Positions 51,951-62,443 of a stretch of DNA of 64,000 nucleotides are shown here, in pieces. The stretch spans positions 376,894-440,893 of the forward strand of contig DGNS01000015.1 in the NCBI GenBank assembly GCA_002389045.1, in the 5' to 3' direction. Source of the DNA: Thiotrichaceae bacterium UBA4486 (GTDB lineage Bacteria; Pseudomonadota; Gammaproteobacteria; Eutrophobiales; Eutrophobiaceae). The notes beneath the pieces were generated by a model. The model was not told the origin of the DNA. It saw nothing but the letters and a program-made list of their open reading frames with translations, and did no database searches. Every line of letters starts with the position of its first letter. The first letter of the stretch is position 1. A program made the translations under genes and the position numbers.

Positions 51951-52460
51951 TTACTGCTTCATGGATGAATGTCGGCACAGCCGTTTGATACTGGCGCTGA
52001 GTTCGCTATCATCGATGGAATCGGCTATCTGTTGCAGCACTTCTGCAGTAGCGAGACTCATACACGGCTCTTGTGATGGCTGTTCGTTCCTTGTCGATTG
52101 TTCCGGAGTGACGATTACACGGATACTTTTAATCGGCAGCGACGCCGGCTTGTCACGCAGCGAATCAAGGATCTCCGGGACAGTATAGCGAAGCCTGGAG
52201 GCCCAGGCGGCCGTAGTCGTGGCCAGTGTGAGGCTGCCGTTTTTGCAGTTGGCGATCCGGCAGTGTTGCATCAGGGCGGGCTCGATATGTTCCTGCAGGA
52301 CTTCCTGAAGCCGGCGCAGCGATTCAATGTGTAATAAAACAGGATCACCATTTGAGGTGGACTGTTTCGAGATCAGGGTGCCAAGGAGTTGAGGTTCCTT
52401 GTTTCGGGTTGTAGACATAAGCAGAAGATAAAACAAAACCGGGGAAACTTGAACTGTCAT
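51951..52460 (-). CDS. dciA: DUF721 / DciA-like protein.
   Basis: The conserved block LLHIESLRRLQEVL...NGSLTLATTTAAWASRLRY is typical of DUF721. It sits between lpxC and secA, as in Pseudomonas. The start may instead be at 52418. Confidence 0.55.
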   Translation of the reverse strand: MTVQVSPVLFYLLLMSTTRNKEPQLLGTLISKQSTSNGDPVLLHIESLRRLQEVLQEHIEPALMQHCRIANCKNGSLTLATTTAAWASRLRYTVPEILDSLRDKPASLPIKSIRVIVTPEQSTRNEQPSQEPCMSLATAEVLQQIADSIDDSELSASIKRLCRHSSMKQ

Positions 52461-53393
52461 ATGAATCTCATCGTAATCACACGATCACGTAAAACCTTTA
52501 ATATCCGCTATGGAACGGCCATGGTGGCCATGGCGCTGGTAATCTCGGTGGTTATGGCGGCTTCTTTTTTCTACCTGGGTACACGCTATGGCTCGGAGCA
52601 AACCGTCCACGATGTGTCCGCAACCTATGCCCGTGCCGGTGATATCTGGACACAGGAATTATTACAACAAAAGCAACTGATAGCCGAATCACGGGATGAG
52701 GCTCAAAAGCACCTGGATTCATTGGCGGCACGGCTCAGCAGTCTGCAGGGTCATGTCATGCGTCTCAATGCTCTCGGTTCCCGGCTGGCGTCAATGGCCA
52801 AACTGGATGAAATCGACTTCTCCGTGTCACAGCCTCCGGGCATGGGTGGTCCGGCACCGGCGGACGGGCAGGCATCACTGTCGGTACCCGATTTTCTTGA
52901 AGCCATGGATCGACTGGCCCGGGAAATAGAGGATCGCAACGATAAACTCGTGGCCATTGAATCCATGTTGCTGAATCACAATCTGCAGTCGGAGACAATC
53001 CCGACGGGGCGGCCCATAGAGGGTGGCTGGATTTCCTCGTTGTTTGGCTGGCGCACCGATCCCATTACGGGCCGAAAGGAACTGCACGAGGGAATGGATT
53101 TCGCCGCCCGTTATGGCACCCGCATCCATTCCGTCGCCGCCGGAATTGTAACCTGGTCAGGCCGACGTTCCGGTTACGGTAACATGGTCGAAATTGACCA
53201 TGGAAACGGTTATATCACCCGTTATGCCCACAACCGGGAAAACCTCGTAAACGTCGGTGAAAAAGTACAGAAAGGCACCGTCATTGCCTCACTGGGATCC
53301 AGCGGTCGCTCCACCGGGTCGCATGTGCACTTCGAGGTCCTCAAGGACGGCAAGTTTGTCAATCCTGTCAAGTTTATCGCTGCCAACCAGTAA
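52461..53393 (+). CDS. M23-family metallopeptidase (LytM domain), membrane-anchored.
   Basis: Transmembrane anchor, a coiled-coil region, then HEGMDFAA...GNMVEIDHGNGYITRYAHN...STGSHVHFEV, which is the HxxxD and HxH motifs of the M23 family. Confidence 0.8.
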   Translation: MNLIVITRSRKTFNIRYGTAMVAMALVISVVMAASFFYLGTRYGSEQTVHDVSATYARAGDIWTQELLQQKQLIAESRDEAQKHLDSLAARLSSLQGHVMRLNALGSRLASMAKLDEIDFSVSQPPGMGGPAPADGQASLSVPDFLEAMDRLAREIEDRNDKLVAIESMLLNHNLQSETIPTGRPIEGGWISSLFGWRTDPITGRKELHEGMDFAARYGTRIHSVAAGIVTWSGRRSGYGNMVEIDHGNGYITRYAHNRENLVNVGEKVQKGTVIASLGSSGRSTGSHVHFEVLKDGKFVNPVKFIAANQ

Positions 53394-53472
53394 AACCATT
53401 TCCGGACCTTTTTGTCTCTTGTTACTCTGGTCAAAGCTGCTGAAGCTTTCTTAACGTTTTTTCATTCGGATC

Positions 53473-56169
53473 ATGCTTAAAAAAATTCTCAAACTGGTCG
53501 TCGGTAGCCGTAATGAACGTGTGCTGAAACGCATGAGCAAAACGGTCACAGCGATCAATGCACTCGAAGACGATATCAGGCAGTTCAAGGATGAGGATTT
53601 TCCGGTAAAAACCGGCGAACTCAGAGACAAGGTCGCCGCGGGTACATCGGTCGATGAGATACTGCCCGAGGCTTTTGCCCTGGTCCGTGAGGCGGGGCAA
53701 CGCGTGCTGAACATGCGTCATTTCGATGTGCAGTTGATCGGCGGTATGGTATTGCACGAAGGCAATATCGCCGAGATGCGGACCGGTGAAGGCAAGACAC
53801 TGGTGGCCACGCTGGCGGCCTATCTGAATGCCCTGAGCGGTAAAGGTGTGCACATTGTTACCGTCAATGATTATCTGGCCCGTCGCGATGCCGAGTGGAT
53901 GGGCAGTCTGTATGAATTCCTGGGACTGACCACCGGCGTTATCATTTCCGGTTTAAGCCCTGCGCAGCGCCGCGAAGCCTACGCGGCGGATATTACTTAC
54001 GGCACCAATAACGAATTCGGTTTTGATTACCTGCGCGACAACATGGCCTTCAGTAACGAGGATCGTGTCCAGCGTGGACATCACTTCGCTATTGTCGATG
54101 AGGTCGATTCCATTCTCATCGATGAAGCGCGAACACCACTGATTATTTCAGGTCCTGTGGATGATCGCTCCGACCTCTATATCAGCATGAATAAAATCAT
54201 TCCGCAGTTGACCCGGCAGGAACAGGAAGACGGGCCGGGCGACTATACACTCGATGAGAAAAGCAAGCAGGCCTATCTCACCGAGGAGGGCAATGAGAAA
54301 GTCGAACAATTACTGCGCAAGGCCGGCATCATCGCGGCCGATCAGAGTCTCTACGATCCGGTGAACCTGCCGGTGCTGCATCATCTGAATGCGGCGCTGC
54401 GCGCGCATACCCTGTTTCATAACGATGTTGAATACCTGGTGCAAAACAATGAAGTCGTGATCGTGGATGAATTCACCGGTCGCACCATGCCGGGACGGCG
54501 CTGGTCTGACGGCTTGCATCAGGCGATTGAAGCCAAGGAGGGTGTGCCCATCCAGAATGAAAACCAGACCCTGGCCACGATTACTTACCAGAATTATTTT
54601 CGTCTTTACGAGAAGCTTTCCGGCATGACCGGTACCGCCGATACCGAGGCCTACGAGTTCCAGCAAATCTATGGTCTGGAGGTTATTGTCATCCCGACAC
54701 ACATGGAGATGATCCGCAGGGATGCCCCCGATATGGTTTTCCTCAAGGCCGAAGACAAGTTCCGCGCCATTATGGAAGACATCAAGGACTGCCACCAGCG
54801 CGGCCAGCCGGTCCTGGTGGGCACGGCCTCTATCGAGGTGTCGGAATACCTGTCCAACCTGATGAAGAAAGAAGATATTCCCCATCGGGTGCTGAACGCC
54901 AAGTTTCATGAAAAAGAGGCCGAAATCATCGAACAGGCCGGCCGGCCGGGCACGGTGACGGTAGCGACGAATATGGCCGGCCGCGGTACAGATATTGTTC
55001 TTGGCGGCAATCTGGATGCCGAACTCAAGGCGCTGGATAACCCGGATGAAGCCACCCGTGTTCGCGAAGACTGGCAGAAGCGCCACGACAAGGTTATTGA
55101 AAGCGGCGGCTTGCATATCATCGGCACCGAGCGCCACGAGTCGCGGCGTATCGATAACCAGTTGCGCGGCCGTTCCGGCCGCCAGGGTGACCCGGGTTCC
55201 AGCCGCTTCTACATTTCGCTGGAAGACAATCTCATGCGCATCTTTGCCTCCGAGTGGGTGAGCAACATCATGGGCAGGCTGGGCATGGAGGACGGTGAAG
55301 CCATCGAATCAGGACTGGTGTCGCGGGCGATTGAAAACGCCCAGCGCAAGGTCGAGGCTCACAACTTCGATATTCGTAAACACCTGCTCGATTTTGATGA
55401 TGTCGCCAACGACCAGCGCAAGGTTATCTATGAACAGCGTGACGAATTGCTGGGCGCGGATGATGTTTCCGAAAATATCCAGGCCATACGCGAAGATGTC
55501 ATCAACAACATGATCAATACCTATATACCCCCGGGCAGCCTGGACGAGATGTGGGATATAGACGGCCTGGTTACGGCGTTTGAAAATGAACTGGGTCTGC
55601 AAATGAATATCCGCGAATGGCTGGACTCGGAACCGGAACTCGACGAGGAAGCCTTGCGTGAACGCATCTGGCAACAGGTGAATCTTGCAGTTGAGGAAAA
55701 AAACCGGATGTTGCCGCCGGAGATGATGCGGCGACTGGAAAAGCAGATCATGCTCGACGTTCTGGATCGTTACTGGAAAGAACACCTGATCTCGATGGAT
55801 ATGCTGCGCCAGGGTATTCATCTGCGCAGCTACGCAGCCAAGAATCCCAAGCAGGAATACAAACGCGAAGCCTTCGAACTGTTTGTGGAAATGCTCGAGG
55901 GCATCAAGCAGGAAGTGGTGGGGATCCTGTTCAAGATACAGATTCGGGATCCGGAATCCGTAGAGGCCGTGGAGCACAAGGAACCCGCCCGGAACATGCA
56001 GTTCAACCATCCGGATGCGCCGGATGCCCTGAACAAAACGGGCACAGCGGAACAGGCGGATAACCGTCCCGCGCCTTACGTTCGCGGGCAGCGCAAGATC
56101 GGCCGCAATGAACCCTGTCCCTGCGGTTCCGGAAAAAAATACAAGCAATGCCACGGCAAGCTGAATTGA
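53473..56169 (+). CDS. secA: Preprotein translocase ATPase SecA.
   Basis: 898 aa, [21 protein letters not shown]... with a C-terminal zinc finger [14 protein letters not shown]. Confidence 0.97.
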   Translation: MLKKILKLVVGSRNERVLKRMSKTVTAINALEDDIRQFKDEDFPVKTGELRDKVAAGTSVDEILPEAFALVREAGQRVLNMRHFDVQLIGGMVLHEGNIAEMRTGEGKTLVATLAAYLNALSGKGVHIVTVNDYLARRDAEWMGSLYEFLGLTTGVIISGLSPAQRREAYAADITYGTNNEFGFDYLRDNMAFSNEDRVQRGHHFAIVDEVDSILIDEARTPLIISGPVDDRSDLYISMNKIIPQLTRQEQEDGPGDYTLDEKSKQAYLTEEGNEKVEQLLRKAGIIAADQSLYDPVNLPVLHHLNAALRAHTLFHNDVEYLVQNNEVVIVDEFTGRTMPGRRWSDGLHQAIEAKEGVPIQNENQTLATITYQNYFRLYEKLSGMTGTADTEAYEFQQIYGLEVIVIPTHMEMIRRDAPDMVFLKAEDKFRAIMEDIKDCHQRGQPVLVGTASIEVSEYLSNLMKKEDIPHRVLNAKFHEKEAEIIEQAGRPGTVTVATNMAGRGTDIVLGGNLDAELKALDNPDEATRVREDWQKRHDKVIESGGLHIIGTERHESRRIDNQLRGRSGRQGDPGSSRFYISLEDNLMRIFASEWVSNIMGRLGMEDGEAIESGLVSRAIENAQRKVEAHNFDIRKHLLDFDDVANDQRKVIYEQRDELLGADDVSENIQAIREDVINNMINTYIPPGSLDEMWDIDGLVTAFENELGLQMNIREWLDSEPELDEEALRERIWQQVNLAVEEKNRMLPPEMMRRLEKQIMLDVLDRYWKEHLISMDMLRQGIHLRSYAAKNPKQEYKREAFELFVEMLEGIKQEVVGILFKIQIRDPESVEAVEHKEPARNMQFNHPDAPDALNKTGTAEQADNRPAPYVRGQRKIGRNEPCPCGSGKKYKQCHGKLN

Positions 56170-56378
56170 ATATCCGCTTTCGACACCGCATTTATTTGAT
56201 CTCGCCAGGACGACATGAATGCCAGGATAAAAATGACGAAAGCGGAATATAGAATCTGGAATATTTCTCCCCTTTGTCCATCTGACAGAATCCGGCTTCA
56301 TGAATCAAAGTGATGACTTCCCTGGCGTCTCCGTATCGTTGCCCGGGGAAGCCTGGTGTGAAATGGAGATTTTTGTCT

Positions 56379-57629
56379 GTGACCACAAATTCTCTCGATG
56401 AGCCATTGCCTGTGAGTGTCAGCCTGACCGAACCTGATCATTTGCTGCCCGTCGCCGGGATCCGGCTGGCTACGGCAATGGCCGGACTGTACCGCCAGCA
56501 AAGAGATGATGTGCTTGTCATTGAAGCACCGGCCTCCGCTACAGCCGCCGCCGTGTTTACCCGTAACCGTTTTGCCGCTGCACCGGTCATTGTCGCCAGA
56601 AATCATCTTTGCAAGGCACAGCCGCGTTATCTGCTGGTCAATGCCGGTAATGCCAATGCCGGCACCGGTCAGCAGGGGGTGGAGGATGCCGTACAATGTT
56701 GTGAACAAATCGCCCTGGCTGCCGGTTGCATCAGTGAGGAAGTGTTGCCGTTTTCCACCGGCGTTATCGGTCAGCGATTGCCGGTTGAGCGAATAACGAC
56801 GGTGATTCCCGATTGTCTGCAGAATTTGCGGGCCGATGGCTGGTTGCAGGCAGCGCGAGCGATCATGACCACGGATACCGTGGCCAAGGGTATATCCAGG
56901 CAGGTTGATATCAACGGCAGGACCCTGACTATCACCGGTATCGCCAAGGGCTCAGGCATGATCCGGCCGGATATGGCAACCATGCTGGCATTCATGGCCA
57001 CCGATGCCGGTATTGACGCCTCCCTGTTGCAAAGCTGTTTACAGGCATCCACTCACCACTCGTTCAATCGCATCAGTGTGGATGGTGATACTTCCACCAA
57101 TGATGCCTGTGTGCTGCTGGCCACCGCACAGGGCCCATTGACCATTACATCCGCCGATACAACCGCGCTGAAGAAATTCCAGGATTGCCTCAATGAAGTC
57201 TGCCTCCATCTGGCACGGGCAATCATCCGGGACGGTGAGGGCGCAACCAAGTTTGTAACGGTGCAGGTCGAGAGGGGGCATGATGAGGAGGAATGTTTGC
57301 AGGTTGCGTATACCATCGCCCATTCTCCGCTGATCAAAACCGCCCTGTTCGCATCCGATCCCAACTGGGGCAGGATCCTTGCAGCGGTGGGTCGATCGGG
57401 ACTGGACGAGCTGGACATCAACCGGATCCGGATTTACCTGGGTGATGTCTGTATTGTCGAGGATGGCGGTGTTGCCGGTAGCTATACCGAGGAACAGGGT
57501 CAGAACATCATGAATGCCACCGATATCCTCATACGCGTGGTGCTGAACCGGGGCAATGAAGTCGCGACAATCTGGACAACGGACCTGTCATATGAGTATG
57601 TAAAGATCAATGCAGAATACAGGACATGA
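56379..57629 (+). CDS. argJ: Bifunctional glutamate N-acetyltransferase / amino-acid acetyltransferase ArgJ.
   Basis: ...PVAGIRLATAMAGL...ATML(A/G)FMATDA (the autoproteolytic site) and a C-terminal ...YVKINAEYRT. I set the start at GTG 56379, which is 9 nt after GGAGA. The track ORF begins at 56310. Confidence 0.85.
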   Translation: MTTNSLDEPLPVSVSLTEPDHLLPVAGIRLATAMAGLYRQQRDDVLVIEAPASATAAAVFTRNRFAAAPVIVARNHLCKAQPRYLLVNAGNANAGTGQQGVEDAVQCCEQIALAAGCISEEVLPFSTGVIGQRLPVERITTVIPDCLQNLRADGWLQAARAIMTTDTVAKGISRQVDINGRTLTITGIAKGSGMIRPDMATMLAFMATDAGIDASLLQSCLQASTHHSFNRISVDGDTSTNDACVLLATAQGPLTITSADTTALKKFQDCLNEVCLHLARAIIRDGEGATKFVTVQVERGHDEEECLQVAYTIAHSPLIKTALFASDPNWGRILAAVGRSGLDELDINRIRIYLGDVCIVEDGGVAGSYTEEQGQNIMNATDILIRVVLNRGNEVATIWTTDLSYEYVKINAEYRT

Positions 57630-58626
57630 GCAAGGACGCATCCATGTCGCGGTGGGCGTGGTCAAAAACCCGCGGCAGCAGATCCTGATCGCACGGCGTC
57701 CGGCCGAAAAGTCGCACGGCGGTTGCTGGGAATTTCCCGGCGGCAAGGTCGGCAAGGAAGAGACTGTCACCGCTGCGCTGCATCGTGAACTGCTGGAAGA
57801 GTTGAACCTGGACACGATCGCTTTCCGGCCGCTGATTGCTATTGATCACGATTACTCTGATTACAGTGTACGGCTGCATGTGTATCTGGTTTACAAATGG
57901 CGGGGCGATGTTTACGGCCGGGAAGGACAATTGCTGCGCTGGGTGGAAATCGACAGTCTGGATCGTTACCGCTATCCCCGCGCCAACCGCCACATCCTGT
58001 CGGCGTTGCAGCTTCCGGAACTTTACCTGGTTACCCCCGAGCCTGAGATCCACAGTCCCGGTTTTCTAACGGCCTGCGAGGATATCCTGCGCGGCGGTTG
58101 TCGTATGATCCAGTTCCGCAACAAGTCTGTTGCTTTTGAACAGGTCCGGCCGCAATTCAATGATCTCCGTGAGTTATGCAACCATTACCATGCAAGGCTG
58201 ATACTCAATTCAACCGTGCAACAGGCAATCGAAGCCGGTGCGCACGGTTGTCATCTCAGTGTAAATAATCTGATGCAGCACAGGGACAACAAATTGCCTG
58301 AAAGCTTTCTACTGGGCGCATCGTGTCACAATCACCGGCAACTCGAACGGGCGCGTGAGTGTAACGCCGATTTCGTGGTAGTGGGTCCGGTCAAGCCCAC
58401 GCCAACTCATCCTCGGGCACAGGAACTCGATTGGTCCGGGCTGGAAGAGCTGACCGCTGTAACAAATCTGCCGGTTTATGCCATTGGGGGAATGCAACCG
58501 GCTGACCTGGAAACTTGCTGGCAACATGGCGCCCATGGTCTGGCAGCCATTACCGGTATCTGGAACAGCGGATCAGAAATCGTTCGTGCAACCGGAGTGG
58601 CTGAACAACTGATCAGTGCCTGGTGA
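57610..58626 (+). CDS. mutT: MutT-like NUDIX hydrolase fused to a ThiE/TenI-like thiamine-phosphate synthase domain.
   Basis: N-terminal Nudix box GGCWEFPGGKVGKEETVTAALHRELLEELNL. The C-terminal half (about 180 aa) has a ThiE-fold pattern (...VVVGPVKPTPTHP...AIGG). Overlaps the argJ stop by 20 nt. Confidence 0.8.
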   Translation: MQNTGHEQGRIHVAVGVVKNPRQQILIARRPAEKSHGGCWEFPGGKVGKEETVTAALHRELLEELNLDTIAFRPLIAIDHDYSDYSVRLHVYLVYKWRGDVYGREGQLLRWVEIDSLDRYRYPRANRHILSALQLPELYLVTPEPEIHSPGFLTACEDILRGGCRMIQFRNKSVAFEQVRPQFNDLRELCNHYHARLILNSTVQQAIEAGAHGCHLSVNNLMQHRDNKLPESFLLGASCHNHRQLERARECNADFVVVGPVKPTPTHPRAQELDWSGLEELTAVTNLPVYAIGGMQPADLETCWQHGAHGLAAITGIWNSGSEIVRATGVAEQLISAW

Positions 58627-58798
58627 TTTCCTGGCCGGTTTCGACGAAGTCGGCATCTCCATCCGTGCTGATGCGATGTTCCTCGGCCAGCCACTCACCG
58701 AGGTCTATCAGCTTGCAGCGTTCGGAGCAGAACGGGCGAAAGGGATTTTCCCGCGTATAGTCTGTGAACGTTTTACAGTTCGGGCAGCGGCATTTCAT
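58613..58798 (-). CDS. yacG: DNA gyrase inhibitor YacG (zinc-binding).
   Basis: MKCRCPNCKTFTDY...RPFCSERCKLIDLGEWLAEE. This is the four-Cys zinc ribbon characteristic of YacG. Confidence 0.8.
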   Translation of the reverse strand: MKCRCPNCKTFTDYTRENPFRPFCSERCKLIDLGEWLAEEHRISTDGDADFVETGQEITRH

Positions 58799-58800
58799 TT

Positions 58801-59571
58801 TTATAAAATACAACAATGCAAAACAAATCGCACGTTATCCCTGCACTGCAGCGGTCGCGCCGAGCTGTCGGGTTGTTCCATGAAACGGATGGTAAAGCGG
58901 TGTTTGCCGCCGCTGATTTCCGGATAAAAGCGGCTCTCCGGCGGTATCACAACACGCACCAGGTGACATGAGAGATTGCTGTCAAAAGGTTTCTGGAAAA
59001 AACCGTTTTCCGCTTCCTCGCTGGTGGGGACGGTGCTGTTACGGATCATGTGCAGGGATAAGGAAATACCCTCCTGGATGACCTGCAGGTCACTGCCCAG
59101 ATGATTGATAACCATGACCCGATCATTGTGCGGCCGGTTCAGCCAGTGATGAAAGCCGGGTAAATCGAAACTGCATGACCCGCCCGGTATACTGCTTCTT
59201 TGTTTCACCGAGTTCATCAGTTCACTCTGGCGGATCAACTGCCCCGGCTGACAGGCCTTGTCTTTCAGTTTTACCAGCAAGCCGTTAATTCTTTCGAGGA
59301 TGGAATCGAGTCGTTGCGGATCCACCCCGGGATTACGCCGTAATCCCTCAAGTGTGGATGCATGCCGCTCGAGTTCCTTGATCAGTTCGCTCTTGATGTC
59401 GGATCGGGACAGCAGATCGGTGATGTTAAGAAGACTTGTCATGGCATCGCGGGTGTCCCACTCGCTGCTGCCGGTGACCCGGTAATTCAGGGCATCAAAC
59501 AGATACTCCAGCCGCAGGAAAGTGCGTACTCGCTCGTTCAGTGGCTGTTCGTAGATAATATCGTCTGTCAC
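58801..59571 (-). CDS. zapD: Cell division protein ZapD.
   Basis: YEQPLNERVRTFLRLEYLF... is collinear with E. coli ZapD (YacF). Confidence 0.85.
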   Translation of the reverse strand: MTDDIIYEQPLNERVRTFLRLEYLFDALNYRVTGSSEWDTRDAMTSLLNITDLLSRSDIKSELIKELERHASTLEGLRRNPGVDPQRLDSILERINGLLVKLKDKACQPGQLIRQSELMNSVKQRSSIPGGSCSFDLPGFHHWLNRPHNDRVMVINHLGSDLQVIQEGISLSLHMIRNSTVPTSEEAENGFFQKPFDSNLSCHLVRVVIPPESRFYPEISGGKHRFTIRFMEQPDSSARPLQCRDNVRFVLHCCIL

Positions 59572-59649
59572 CTGGTGCCTCGGAAGCCGGTAAAATGCGC
59601 AATTGTCACCCAGTTACGGCTGACTGGCAAATTACGGAATGTGAACTTG

Positions 59650-60279
59650 TTACTGATTCGCTGAGGCCGCCATGGCCCGGTAGCGGCTATCCAGGTCTGC
59701 TACCTGTTGTACAAGGTAGCTGATATCCCGGTCATTACGAATGATGTCATCGGCTTTAGCCAGCCTTCGTTCACGAGTGACCTGGGTGGCCATAATACTC
59801 ATAATGTCATCACGGTCGGTGTTATCCCTGATTATGGCCCTTTGTATCTGATCCTCTTCATCACAGTCAACTGCCAGTACACGATCAACATGTCGCTCGC
59901 CACCGGTTTCCAACAGCAGTGGAATTGCGATGATGCAGTAGGCAGAATCGATCGTGGCAATCCTGTTTTCAATTTCATTGTATACGAGCGGGTGCAGGAT
60001 ACTTTCGAGGGCCTGCTTTTTTTCCGGATCGGAAAAAACCAGTTGCCGCATCCGCTTTCTGTCTAGCGTGCCGGATGCGCCGGCTATATCCCTGCCGAAA
60101 AACTCAAGTACTGCCTTGTATCCCGGCTGACCGGGTTCGACGAGTTCGTGGGCAATGTCATCGGCGTCAATGACTGTAACACCCTGTTGATGAAACAGCC
60201 CGGCAACAGTGGTTTTGCCGGAACCGATTCCCCCGGTCAGGCCGACACGAAACGGGCGGTTCACGCGCCGTTTGACCAA
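59650..60279 (-). CDS. coaE: Dephospho-CoA kinase.
   Basis: VGLTGGIGSGKTTV P-loop, 209 aa. Confidence 0.9.
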   Translation of the reverse strand: MVKRRVNRPFRVGLTGGIGSGKTTVAGLFHQQGVTVIDADDIAHELVEPGQPGYKAVLEFFGRDIAGASGTLDRKRMRQLVFSDPEKKQALESILHPLVYNEIENRIATIDSAYCIIAIPLLLETGGERHVDRVLAVDCDEEDQIQRAIIRDNTDRDDIMSIMATQVTRERRLAKADDIIRNDRDISYLVQQVADLDSRYRAMAASANQ

Positions 60280-61136
60280 AGCAGATACTGATTGGTGATT
60301 GCCGGTCCCCAGATCAGTGCAATCCAGCCGGCAACAGCGATGTAGGGACCAAAAGGAATCGACTGGGAGCGTTCATGCCGGGTCAGTACAATCAAGCTGA
60401 TGCCGACGATGGCGCCAACCATGGATGAGAGAATAATAATTAACGGCAACATCTGCCATCCCAGCCAGGCGCCGAGCATGGCCAGCAGTTTAAAGTCGCC
60501 GTACCCCATGCCTTCCTTGCCGGTGGTGAATTTAAACAGAATATATATTGACCAGAAGGCCAGGTAACCGGCCACCGCACCGATCAGCGAAGAATGTAAA
60601 TCGGTGAACAGGCCGAACATATTGGCGATGAGCCCGAGCCATAACAGGGGCAGGGTTATATCATCCGGTAACAGCTGGTGATCCATGTCGATCAGGGTCA
60701 GGCAGATCAAGGCCCAGGATAACAGCATGGCCAGGACGGCCTGCAGGCTGACGCCGAATTTCCAGGCCACGATAACTGCAACAGCCGCACTGGTTAATTC
60801 AACCAGCGGATAACGCGGCGAGATCCTGGCGGCACAGGCCGAGCACCGTCCTCTCAAAAAAAGGTAACTGATAACAGGTATGTTCTCGATCGCCTTGATG
60901 CGGTGACCACAGTGAGGACAGTTTGAACGCGGATGGCTCAGACTGAGCGGGGATTCGGATTGATCAGCGTTCTCGATTTCGAGCAGTTCACAACATTGCT
61001 GCCGCCATTCTGCAAACATCATCAGCGGCAGTCGATGGATCACGACGTTGAGAAAACTGCCAAAGGCCAGGCCGACAACAGCTACGGTGACAAGATACAG
61101 GGGAGGCCAGGCTTCAAGGGTGGCGATAAATGTCAT
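60261..61136 (-). CDS. pilD: Prepilin peptidase / N-methyltransferase (A24 family).
   Basis: N-terminal CxxC...CxxC zinc motif (CPHCGHRIKA...CSAC) and GMGYGDFKL. Confidence 0.9.
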   Translation of the reverse strand: MTFIATLEAWPPLYLVTVAVVGLAFGSFLNVVIHRLPLMMFAEWRQQCCELLEIENADQSESPLSLSHPRSNCPHCGHRIKAIENIPVISYLFLRGRCSACAARISPRYPLVELTSAAVAVIVAWKFGVSLQAVLAMLLSWALICLTLIDMDHQLLPDDITLPLLWLGLIANMFGLFTDLHSSLIGAVAGYLAFWSIYILFKFTTGKEGMGYGDFKLLAMLGAWLGWQMLPLIIILSSMVGAIVGISLIVLTRHERSQSIPFGPYIAVAGWIALIWGPAITNQYLLWSNGA

Positions 61137-61213
61137 TGTATGAAACTCATGCGGTCAGTCGCCGGCTCACGCAACCCGGATAGCACGGTGTGGACGGTGA
61201 ACGGGTTTAGCGG

Positions 61214-62437
61214 CTAGACCACCGCACCCATCTTGAAGATTGGCAGATACATGCCGACGACAATGCCACCGATGACTACACCGAGGAATGCCATGATCAT
61301 GGGTTCAAGCAGACTGGTCAGCGCTTCAACGGCATCGTCCACTTCCTGCTCATACCAGTCAGCCACCTTGCCAAGCATGGTGTCAATGGCGCCGGATTCC
61401 TCACCGATAGCCACCATCTGTACCACCATGTTCGGAAACAGTCCGGTGTCACGCATCGCTGATTGCAACTGGGTACCGGTGGAGATCTCGTCACGCATTC
61501 TCATGACCGCGTCGTAGTAAATGATATTACCGCAGGCGCCGGCAACCGAGGTCATGGCTTCAACCAGCGGTGTGCCCGCGGCGAACATGGTTTCCAGGGT
61601 GCGTGCATAACGGGCGATGGCGGACTTTTCCAGGATCATGCCGACGACCGGAATTTTCAGCGATATGCGATCCAGAAAATGGGCGAATGCCTTGGATCGT
61701 TTCTTGCCCTCAATAAAGGCAAATATTACTGCGATGATTGCGCCGAAGAGAATGTACCAGTTGCCCACGAACCACTGCGAGGTATCGATGAGAAACTGTG
61801 TCAGCGCCGGCAGGTCGGCTCCGAAACCCGCAAACAGATCCTGGAACTGTGGAATAACAAAGATCATCAGGATGGTGACAATGATGAATGCCACCACGAT
61901 AACCGCGGCAGGATAGAACAGAGCGGATTTGATCTTGGATTTCAGGGCCTCGGTTTTTTCCATATAGGTGGCCAGCTTGTGCAGTATGGCCTCGAGAATA
62001 CCGGCGTGTTCGCCGGCCTGAATCAGGTTGCAGTACAGGTCATTGAAATATAAAGGATGCTTACGTAATGCATCGGTCAGGTTATTACCGGCCTCGACAT
62101 CGGACTTGATACTCAGTATCAGTTCCTGCATGCCTGCATTTTCATGGCCGCGACCGACAATCTCGAAGGCCTGTACCAGTGGTACGCCCGAGGACATCAT
62201 GGTCGCCAACTGTCGGCTGAACACGGTGATATCCTTGGGTGTGATTTTTTTCTTGCCGCCTCCGCCAAGCAGTGGTTTGGGTTTTTTCTTGACCTTCAGC
62301 GGTTTGATGCCCTGGCGTCGCAAGGTGGCCTTGATGAGCGCATCGCTCTGTCCGGACATCTCGCCCTTGACGCGTTTGCCCTGTTTGTCGGTGCCTTCCC
62401 AGACAAACATGTCTTTTTTGACTGCAGCTTCTGCCAT
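61214..62437 (-). CDS. pilC: Type IV pilus assembly platform protein PilC (GspF family).
   Basis: MAEAAVKKDMFVWEGTDKQGKRVKGE... with duplicated GspF domains. Confidence 0.92.
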   Translation of the reverse strand: MAEAAVKKDMFVWEGTDKQGKRVKGEMSGQSDALIKATLRRQGIKPLKVKKKPKPLLGGGGKKKITPKDITVFSRQLATMMSSGVPLVQAFEIVGRGHENAGMQELILSIKSDVEAGNNLTDALRKHPLYFNDLYCNLIQAGEHAGILEAILHKLATYMEKTEALKSKIKSALFYPAAVIVVAFIIVTILMIFVIPQFQDLFAGFGADLPALTQFLIDTSQWFVGNWYILFGAIIAVIFAFIEGKKRSKAFAHFLDRISLKIPVVGMILEKSAIARYARTLETMFAAGTPLVEAMTSVAGACGNIIYYDAVMRMRDEISTGTQLQSAMRDTGLFPNMVVQMVAIGEESGAIDTMLGKVADWYEQEVDDAVEALTSLLEPMIMAFLGVVIGGIVVGMYLPIFKMGAVV

Positions 62438-62443
62438 GTTGCT

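Noticed and set aside
56192-56386. 64-aa minus-strand ORF between secA and argJ.
   Set aside because: No ribosome-binding site and no conservation cues. It overlaps the argJ leader, so it is probably noise.
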